Assembly (NCBI GenBank): GCA_000320545.1
Contig: ADNK01000694.1
Location: 1 to 64,000, forward strand
Origin: Bigelowiella natans CCMP2755
Lineage: Eukaryota; Protista; Cercozoa
DNA: 64,000 nucleotides
Reading direction: 5' to 3'
Shown here: piece by piece, positions 54,563 through 64,000 of the stretch
Position numbering within the stretch: the stretch's first letter is position 1
How the letters are laid out: the number at the start of each line of letters is the position of its first letter
Notes under the pieces: model-generated
What the model was told of the DNA's origin: nothing
What the model saw: the letters and a program-made list of their open reading frames with translations, nothing else
The model's database searches: none
Made by a program: the position numbers and the translations under genes

Positions 54563-54790
54563 AAAGACTATGTTCAGATCGACTCCACCTGCACCTCGTC
54601 GTTCCTAATGGGCATGTGCACACTAAATGCAGCTTCGCATCTGGAACATGCATGTGTGTGCATCTAGACATGTGCACTGTGCACGTTTTGTCTTTCCAGC
54701 AATTTGACTTCTCGTGACGATTTGACCCAAACCGACCGACCGACCGACCACATAATTCAACTTCGTCAGAGGCATCATGCTACGAGCTGA

Positions 54791-56066
54791 ATGGCGACGA
54801 CGCCCCTCCTCATAAGTCAGAAGACCTTGTTGCTCTTTGCCTGGGTTACGATGCTGCCCTCGGTACCCTCTCTAATAAAATTGGAAATTGGTTTATAAAG
54901 GGATTTGTGATCTTCATGTTAAATCTGAGGCGACCCAAAAAACACACGGGCATGGGAGAGAAAAAGGGGGTGGGAAGCGAGTAGAAGGCGAACGATAAAT
55001 TTGTCTTTTCCCTGCTTTGTAGGTAACAGAGTGTTCGAGCGCTACCTTCAACAAACCAGGCAGCCTCTCTCCATCCCAGGCTATAATAATTAAATCTCCC
55101 CTTCGATGCAAACAGAGAACTTTCTTCTTACAGAAGGATTTCAATATAATTACCCGAGACAGAAATAGATTACCGTCGGCAGCAGGTGGATTGGGGAGCA
55201 CGATTTGGAATAAATTGAATGTCTCCCTCAGGAGACAGATTTTTCAAAAGCATGAAAAAGCTTCTGTGGGATCAGATATTCGAGACTATAAGGAAGCTTT
55301 GATTCGGAAAGCAACACAGGGCAAAGGAGGATATCCGGGAGAATCTTCCATTGGTCAGAATGACGCTATCAACAATCGCCGAGTGATTGTGGAAAACAGA
55401 GATTTTAAAAAAGAGCCAGCCTCAAGAAGAATGGTCGAGGGAAAACACGCTCAAAAGCTGGAAAGGAAGCGGAAGAGGCTTTGCGAACATGGGAGATTAC
55501 CAACCCAATGCATCAAATGTGGCGGTTCAGCGATTTGCAAACATGGACGACTAAAATATTTATGTAAAGATTGTGAAGGATCGGGATTATGCGAACACGG
55601 TAGACAACGCCCCAGGTGCCACGAATGCGGAGGATCCAACCTGTGTGTCATTCATAAGAAGCAGAAAGCGCATTGCAAAATCTGTGGAGGTTCGGCCTTT
55701 TGTCACCACGGGCGACAGAGAAGCCAATGTAAAGATTGCTTTGGAACATCGATATGCCAGCATGGAAGAATCAAATATAGATGTAAGAGCTGCGGTGGAC
55801 GTGGAATCTGCGCTCACGGAAGAGTTCGAAGCAAGTGCAAAGATTGCGGCGGTGGGTCCATCTGTAGACATGGACGTCAACGATCTCATTGTGGTGCTTG
55901 TGGGGGCGGCTCTGTTTGCGTGCATGAAAGAATACGGAGCAAATGTAAGGAATGTATGGGTGGATCGATATGTGTGCATCGCAAACAGAAATTCCATTGC
56001 AACGATTGTCGGCTTGCAAGTCGTAATGTCACTTATCGAATGCGTGTTCAAAGAGCTCGCATGTAG
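54791..56066 (+). CDS. Cys-rich zinc-ribbon repeat protein (about 10 x CxHGRxRxxCKxCGGxxI) with a signal-peptide exon
   Basis: The ORF at 55191-56066 carries tandem 18-aa repeats. An upstream exon at 54791-54862 (MATTPLLISQKTLLLFAWVTMLPS) splices GT..AG in frame to 55023. Confidence 0.85.
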
Positions 56067-56212
56067 CACGCTGAGAATATACTGTGTAACAAGCCGATGT
56101 AAATGAAAAGGAAAACATCGAAATCAAATATCAAACTGTACATCCTTGACCGCTGTGCTGCAAAAGCGAAAAAAAGAGATGATCTATTGAGCAACAATGA
56201 CAAGCGCAATGC

Positions 56213-56480
56213 GAGACGGATGTAATGAGTATGTTAATTTTTTTCAATTGTCATCCTAATGAGCTTTGCAATGTGTAAAGACATATATATATATATATAT
56301 ATGTACATATATATACGATGTATGTGTATTTACATGCATGAGACGGATGTAAAGAAGTGATTTATAGATTAAATCTTTTCAATAGTCATCCTACAATGTA
56401 GCAATGCAAAGCAGCGGCTACAGCGCTCATGTTGTGTCTGTTGGTCTCTGTCATCATCATGTGCTTCATGAATTTAAAAG
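56213..56480 (-). repeat. Two short degenerate copies of the 3' end of the adjacent LINE, separated by a (TA)n tract
   Basis: gagacggatgt...ttcaat(t/a/g)gtcatcct occurs at 56213, 56340 and 56540. Copy 2 aligns to the element for about 130 nt (gcagcggctacagcgct..atgttg..tctgttggt..gtgcttcatg). Confidence 0.8.
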
Positions 56481-56539
56481 AAGATGGAAGCATCTATGTC
56501 CTAGGTACATGCATGTGCACAGCGTGTGCACACATGCAT

Positions 56540-58020
56540 GAGACGGATGTGATGAAGAATCAAATTTTTTCAATGGTCATCCTGATGTAGCTGTGCAATG
56601 CAGCGGCTACAGCGCTAATGTTGCATCTGTTGGTTTCTGCCACCACGTGCTTCATGCATTTGAAAGCGTCCTCATGCGACCGATGTTGCCGCGCACTGCG
56701 CGCAGCAGTTCTGGAGTCCTTTTCAGCCTTTGTCAGCCGGTTCGTGTCGTCGTTGCGATTCATGATCGCGCGCATTTGATTGCGCAATCTGATTTGTTCT
56801 CGACTGTGTGTTGGACATTGCAGGAGATGATCCATGTCCTTCAGGATGCCACATGCATCGCACGCAGCATCTTTCTCCGTGCATTGTCCACGTGAGAACA
56901 TGAATTTTCCAAGATTGCCGACACCACAGATGGCGCGCATCCATGATGTAGCAACACTTGGAAGTTTCAGTTTGATGCCGGTGATCGAAGATGACGGGAG
57001 GAATCCAAGATTCTTGAGATGCACAGCGCGCAATGAATCATTGGACCATTCCTCTTCGAATTCGTTGAAAGCACAGGATTTCATCACCTTGTGATGTTTT
57101 TTCAGTTCTTTTTTCAGTCTTTTTTCAGCGCCTCTGTTGTCGCCAAAACGGTGGGCAATTCGTCGTCTAACAAATCGTCAGTGATCGATTTGAGCCGACG
57201 AAACAAGGATGCTTTGTTCCACGCATTTGTGGGCACATCAATCCACGATGTGCCATCCAACATTTTTCGATTCTCAATGATGAAGCCATGACTGCTCCAA
57301 TCATTTGTTCCCTCATGGATTTGAGGACCGCTGCCTGTGTCGATCCATGCGTCAGTGCGCAACCATGATTTGGCACACTGCACTTCAGTTTGACATCGGG
57401 GTGGCAACGTGCCAGTGAGGACGTGGGGGACGTCGTTGGAGATGGATCCAGGTGATCCCAATGCACGTTTCAGGGTTTGGGATTCCATGGAATCCATCTG
57501 TTTCATTCGCATGTTTCTTCGTGATCTCCACATTGGAGCAGCGCATCTGCTGGATGCAAGGAACCATGATTTGCAAAATTTCAGTCTGACATTCAGCGGT
57601 GCAAGGTGTCTGGAATGACACAACCTTGACAAAAACCTTCGCTTCTTTTGCAATCTCAGGTGAGAAGCAAGAGCATGTTTTTCAAAGGTCAATTTGTTGT
57701 CGAAGATTGGTCCGAGACATCTGCCGCTGTCGACTCTTTTCACTTTGCCTTGGAGATTGAGAGAGATGTTCCAGGAGGTTTGGTGTCGGTGGGCTTCATT
57801 TCTTTTGTCAATTGTGAGGTGCCCGCTCTTGTCCCCATTGAATCGCATCCGCCATTTCATGCACCAGTCCGTCATTTGGTTTAGGTCGGCCTGGATGTCA
57901 TCTTGCATTTTCCCCCATCGGTTTGGCGAAAACAATTTGTAGGGGGTGACGTCGTCACAGTGCATTTGGAAATCTGTGTTGGTAATTTGTTCGTAAACAT
58001 CGCAATGGGTTGTGAAAACA
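56540..58020 (-). mobile_element. 5'-truncated, frameshifted non-LTR retrotransposon (LINE): RT C-terminus/thumb plus C-terminal CCHC zinc knuckle
   Basis: QMHCDDV (YADD position), IQADLNQMTDWCMKWRMRFNGDKS, RCLGPIFDNKLTFEKH, CAAPMW, LKRALG; frameshift near 57110; CDACG...DMDHLLQCP. Confidence 0.9.
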
Positions 58021-58451
58021 TGTGCATACACATGCACATACACCCGTCTCACACATGACATGCACACAAATGCACACATATTACTTGACTAGCTGAGTGC
58101 ATAATGCCCGCTAGAAGCAGCTACAACCGTCATTACATGCTATTGCATGCTTTTGGTGCCACAGAGTAATGTAAAGTCAATAGAATTTGTTACGCCGAGT
58201 ATTGGTGGCGGAACATAGCCTAGATTACCAACCACGGAGGCTACATCAATAAAATAGACACAACATATATAGTGCGCTGTAGCAAGCTCTGCCACTGATG
58301 CATCCTAACAATATTTTGAGTGTTGTTCTGTAAAAAATTGACTTAGCGAAGTAATCATTTCTCTAAATGACTAAGTAGCGATTGGACATAATGGTAATAT
58401 AATTTGCAAACTATGGCTGTGAAAATACCAATTGTTCTTGGACACGATTTT

Positions 58452-59558
58452 CTATTTTTTGACGATCACGATAATATCAGACGCGATTTTTGCAGAAGGA
58501 ATTAGGATGGTGTCGCCATTGTCTCCTCGCAGAACTACACGAGAAAGTTCAATCTTCTCCACAACACCGGTTCGGCCAGCCAAAACCACCTTCTCGCCCC
58601 TCCGGACTCTGCAATGGCCACGACAGGAATCATCGTACGTATATAGGTATGTACGTTTTATAGGCTTACATAAGAATGAAAGTTTGTTTTATTAATTTTG
58701 CCATTAATTTTTATTATAGTGTAGACACCACCTTCCAAAAAGTATTAGAGTGAATCCACACAGAAGATTGTTTATTAAATCCTGACAATGAGATGGCACC
58801 AAAATTCAACGAAGAAGAATGAATGTTAATCCAGGTTGCTTACCTTTGCAGCAAATCCAATGGCAGCACCGGTCACACCCAGGCCTAGACGTATGATCAT
58901 TTCACCATTTATCGTAAAAAATAAAATACATTAGCGGTACTTACCTGCAATAATCGGCGACGTGTCAATTCCCACGGTTCCGAAAATTGCCAGTACCACA
59001 GTTCCATAGGCCAAATAGTTCCTTTAGTTTATCAGGTACGTGAGTTGAGAAGAAGCTTGTAATTATTTGACAAACATTTTCAATAATCGACCCTGCTGTG
59101 ATGACAAGTTCGCTGATGTCTTCGTTTTCAACTCCTGCCATTAAGAAAGCCCGCTTGATTTTGTCTCGAAAACTCGTTTTGTTGTTATTAGTGTCTTTTG
59201 CATCGGATGAAAATGAGCGTTTCGATGTAAATCGGTCAAATTTCTCTTTTCGCAGCCTCATAGAAGAGGGCCGTTCTACGTTAACATTGGAACAAAAAAG
59301 TAGTAGAGAACAACAAGGGTTTTCAAGATGTTCGAGTGTTGTAGATTTCGATTGATATCCTACCCGTCAGAATGCTATGGAAATGCATGCACGAGTTCCC
59401 AAGAGCAGAATGTAATGAGCAAGGCTTGCTTTGAGCAAAAATCCTTCTCTGAGCAGCAAAGCAAGAGATGAATGCAACCCCACTGTCTATGTTCTTCAAT
59501 AGCGTATTCGAACCGGTAATTTCCCGACAAGATAGCCTTTTCTAACCAAGTTCAACAT
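58452..59558 (-). CDS. Short MscS-family mechanosensitive channel with a probable mitochondrial presequence (start tentative)
   Basis: YGTVVLAIFGTVGIDTSPIIA|GLGVTGAAIGFAAK|DLINNLLCGFTLIL..VRRGEKVVLAGRTGVVEKIELSRVVLRGDNGDTILIPSAKI, stop at 58452-58454. Confidence 0.8.
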
Positions 59559-60054
59559 TCGATATATTCACGTTTTTCGTGGTACAGAGGGCGGCGAAGG
59601 GGAGGGAAAAGTGAGAGCGACGATTCGCCGGAGCGATTGGTTGGTATCGATGTCACACACATGCGGTTCATTTCAGTGCGACATGTGTCATTACATGTCG
59701 CATCACATATCGCGCAATGATTTCGAAAAGAAATATGACTTTCTAGAATTGAGCACCATTTTTTTGAATTTAAAAAGTCGATACCGATGAATGAAATGGC
59801 CTTGCGATACAGACCTACGACAAGCGCCCTGGTGTTCTTTGATACTTGGAACTACAAGGTTTTGTCGGAAGAAGTCCATGATGGAAGTGGTCTCGTGTTG
59901 GGTCATAGCAGTATCCGAGGGCATTTTTCAGTCGAGACAACTTCATAAACAAAGCACAGACAAAAGAACAGCTTGCGTGCTTGCTTCATACACCGAGATC
60001 ATCTACTATCGACCTGTAGCTTCCCCCCCTGCCAAAAGAGAGCACTAGCTCAGG

Positions 60055-61467
60055 ATGATGGCTGTGGATGAGGATGAACGCCAGAGACCTACTCGAGAGC
60101 ATCTAGAGCTCCATTCTATCCGCCTCAACGATGAGCAGCTTCAGCTTGTGAGTAGAGGGGTGGTTGGTTGGAAACCATCCTTGTTGCTTACTGTTAATGC
60201 TAATTTGTAGGCTGCTGATGATGATCATGGTGGCGGCGAGATCGGCGAGATGAAGGGTGAACATTACGAGATGGCTGACGATGGTTGTGAAGTTTTGGGG
60301 GACTTAGATGGCGAAGGAAAAGGAAAGCTCACCGAGAGGGATTACAAGGTCTGCAAGGACGCCGTAGTCCAACGTGATTGTTTCACATTATGATGTTTTC
60401 CAAGTGATGGGTTCTATGCTACTTACATACTCACCATATTCTACTATCGTCATTCCTCAGCTATTCCATCTTCTCATTTTTGGAGTCTATGCGACCAACG
60501 TCCTAGGACAAGTAACAAATGCATCTTCGTGTAAAATTGTGTTGAAGTTCTACTAAAATTATGACGTGTTGAGGGAGAATGGGGCGATGAAGTTCTACTA
60601 AAATTATGACGTGTTGAGGGAGAATGGGACGATGTTCGTTGAATCAGGACGCAGTGATACCTTGTGTGCCGCTTATTCAAGAAGACTTGGGGTTTAGCTC
60701 TGCAACCATCGCTCTTGTAGCATCCTTTCAAGGTTCTCAGTATACCAACATATGACTAAGTCTCTCTGGCGTGCAACTTACACCAAGGCGTCGAGCTGCT
60801 CTTATTGTAGCTAATAAGATAGCAGTCATTTTTAATGACAGGCATGATACTAACAGCAACGTAGAATCAAATAGTACATGTTTTCCTCCTGATCCACCTG
60901 TGATGCGGTGATTAAAGCTATTCCACGCCGACTACAAAGAAGAAACCGCATTATCTGCTGCTGCTATGATGATGATGATGATGATGATTGGTTTGGGTGT
61001 TCTTTTTCTGGCATGAGATAGCTGATCTTATCTTATTGAACATCTCGTCTTATGTTTATCAGACATGGGAATGGTATCTGGGAAACTTATTCATGGGTGG
61101 CTTATTGATGCTCTTGGTCCTCGCCGGTTGATGTTCTACACCTTCATGGCTCTCTCAATGGTAGTATTGCTGACAATATATATATACGGGGGAAAATTAT
61201 CACGAGATTATGATCATGCATCATTAGTTCCTGTTCGCGTTGTCTTTCGCTTCCAACTTCGGCCTCTTCGCTTTGCTGATGGCATGCATCAGGTTTCATT
61301 GTTCTAACATGCTGCTGCTGCTGCTGTTGTTGCCGCCTTTGGCGAGGACCAGCACATAATATGACTACTACAAATTTCATGGAAAAAATCCTGCTGATTT
61401 GTACCATTTACGATGATGATGATGATGATGATAATGATGATGATGATGATATAACTACTACTAGTAG

Positions 61468-61510
<43 letters not shown>

Positions 61511-61679
61511 GCCTACACGTAGCTACTGCGTCGCTGTTATCGGCTCATTGAGTAGTATTAGTATTAGTAGTAGTAGTAGTAGTAGTAGAAAGTAATAGGA
61601 AGTAGTTGCTATTAGGTATCTATCGTAAATTCTTCCAATACTCGTATAATGAACCATTGACACTACCCTCAACAACAAC

Positions 61680-61753
<74 letters not shown>

Positions 61754-62276
61754 ACAGTTTCGTAGGCTCTGCAACCGATCCTGCAGAAGTATGCATCATA
61801 GGAAATTGGTGTGCTGGCAATGCAAAGCAATTATCTAAAGGTAGAAGGGGGAGGAGAGAATATATAAGCAATTATCTAAAGGTAGAAAGGGGAGGAGAGA
61901 ATATTATGTGCAAGAAACTGCAGCCTTCCCCCCCCCCCCCCCACACACACAACGAATATACTTGGGTATGTAGACATGTATCATTGCATACCAACTGGGG
62001 CATGTTTGTGCATCATCCATACCTCCCCCATTCTCATCGTCGGCGTCGCCGTCCTCTTTGTTATGATAATTAGGTATTTGGGTACTAGGATTGAGCTCTA
62101 AACTGTCAGGACTGCTCGCAATCGTCCTCTTCGCTGGGAGTTGTTGTTATTTGTTTGACGATCAATAGTGTGACCCCACTCTCTCTTCTTCTTCTTCTTC
62201 TTCTTATTCATGCGTCAACTAGTTATGTAGAGAAATTCATCAATTTAAATATGTATTATGGTGATGATGATTATTG

Positions 62277-62308
<32 letters not shown>

Positions 62309-62678
62309 GTTGTTATTGTTATTACCCCTGACAATGATGATAATGGAGGTCGTATTTATCTTACAACTATACTTTGTTATTACAACAAGGAATGCTGCGG
62401 GTCATGACGTGGAGATGGGCACTTCGACTAGCGTTTTTCTTCCCTCTCATCGGCTGTGTAATTGGAGAGAATGTAGCAGCAGTAGCATGCAGCAGCATTA
62501 ATGAATGAGCTTCCTTCTCCATACAAGAGGGAGGGGACAAGCACCAATAGAAGGCTTTAAGAATAATACGAATAGGAGTAGTACAAAGCAGGAAGAATCC
62601 ATTGCAGCAGCAGCATTCAAAAGTGCAAAAACATTGAGCATAACGGTAAGCTGGGAAATGATTCTTGTCCTATCTATC

Positions 62679-62718
<40 letters not shown>

Positions 62719-64000
62719 GCTGAATATTCCAGGCACTAACCCATTTCATAGTTAAAGACACATCATCTGACCGAACAAGGCCAGGTTCTCTCCTCCTCCC
62801 CTGAAATCCATAGTTTGTTATCTATTCTATCTTACTCTCATGCTTCCTCCTCCTCCTCCTCCTCCCCCCCCCCTTTAACTTCTACTTAGGTCGTCCTCTC
62901 TCGCTTACAGCCTTGTTGAGTGCTGCAAAGCTGCTGTTTAAGGAGAGGTTGTTCTGGGGTGCTGCATGCGTTCATTCTGCTGCTGCTACGGTAGTAATAA
63001 CTAACAAGATGCTGCTGCTTCAATAAACTCTTCTTTAAGTTAATAGGTGGTGGTGGTAGTGCCGACATATTGTGTTATCTGCAGCCCCCATATTATCTCA
63101 GTACTGCTTGTACTACTTATTACTGCTTGTAATAGTGTAAACACTACCACCAACTCATAGGATCATCCTTTAATAGTTGTTAGCTTCCTCCTTCCGTATT
63201 TAGCCCTCACCTTCTTGCCCTACTCCTCCTCCTCCTCTTTTCACAGATACGAAGGATGGATGTTATTCTGGGTACCGTTTACCACGATATCACGGTATTA
63301 TTAAAGCCTGATCACAGTCCTCCCTATTAAAGTAGAAACTATGATGATGATCATGATCATCATGATCATCATGATCATCATAATGTTCTCTTTACCTGTT
63401 TATCTCTGTGAAAGCGAAGGAGGAGGAGGAGGAAGAGGAGAGTTTTTTCCCGTTATTACTCATAGTCTTATCATCATCATCTACATCCTCCTCCTATGGT
63501 GTATGAAATATTGTTATTATTAGGGTATATCCCCAGAGGATGCTGCTGCTTTAGTTGTTGCGGTATGATGATGATGATGATCATGATCATGGTGATGGTG
63601 ATGGTGATGATGATGATGATGGTGCTCTGTTTTGCGATTTACTAATGGCAAATGACGGTGATGTATTTATGTCGCTATAATTATAAGATGAGGGAGGTGT
63701 ACTTACATCTTTCTCATTGTTGTTATTGTTGTTGTTACAATAATCTCTCACAATCTGGATACTATGATAGTTTCCGCTGGGAGTGATCCTAGGGCTACTG
63801 CTGCTGGGTACTGCTTTCCGACGACTGAAAAGAGGAGCGAAGCAACGGCTTCTTATCACCGGGTAAGGGGGGGGGGGAGGAAGGATGTAATTTTGTGCAG
63901 AGAATTCCTCTGCACATTTCATATGTAAGCAAGATGGTGTCTATGAAATAATGTACATCATGATCATCATCATGATCATCATCATTCAATACCATCGTCG
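60055..64000 (+). CDS. Major facilitator superfamily transporter, 3' end beyond or at the window edge
   Basis: DAVIPCVPLIQEDLGFSSATIALVASFQ, GKLIHGWLIDALGPRRLM (MFS motif A), IIGNW, FGVLGLSSKLSGLLA, MTWRWAL. Confidence 0.82.

Noticed and set aside
55451-56106. Alternative-frame and antisense ORFs (177 aa, 160 aa) over the zinc-ribbon gene
   Set aside because: Shadows of the repetitive coding frame.
56593-57942. Multiple plus-strand ORFs over the LINE
   Set aside because: They stay open only because TAA/TAG codons are missing in TpA-depleted DNA.
56641-57960. Explaining the LINE composition by CpG methylation decay or classical RIP
   Set aside because: CpG is plentiful here, and C->T processes do not remove TpA (RIP increases it).
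214-64000. Most short ORF-track entries with poly-L/S/H/Y/T/D or [12 protein letters not shown] runs
   Set aside because: They are translations of intronic microsatellites or antisense shadows of exons, not genes.

Overview
Eukaryotic nuclear DNA from an intron-dense, AT-rich protist. Introns are packed with (TAG)n, (CAT)n, (CA)n, (TA)n and (GA)n microsatellites, which generate most of the ORF-track noise. Several signal-peptide-plus-transit-like leaders hint at an alga with a complex plastid such as a chlorarachniophyte, but this is not proven. I reconstructed about 13 spliced genes by eye, and they alternate strand strictly: sulfite oxidase (+), a giant-virus-type Mre11/SbcD-Rad50/SbcC fusion with a bipartite leader (-), EF-hand-DCN1 (+), a FAM32A/DUF1754-tailed protein (-), an intronless Zn2Cys6 factor (+), a membrane protein (-), a CUE-like protein (+), an EF-hand/degenerate Cu-Zn-SOD fusion (-), an AAA+ ATPase (+), calpain-15/SOL-like (-), a Cys-rich zinc-ribbon repeat protein (+), MscS-like (-) and an MFS transporter (+). 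The strongest unexplained signal is a 5'-truncated LINE at about 56.5-58.0 kb that is almost free of TpA: I count 4 in 1320 nt, all in CTA/TAG context. Its conserved Tyr residues read as Cys/His, and neighbouring copies of its 3' end show TA->TG/CA changes directly. The same signature fills the tail-to-tail intergenic gaps but not the genes. This looks like a repeat-directed A:T->G:C hypermutation process, opposite in direction to fungal RIP. Exon boundaries are manual and approximate.
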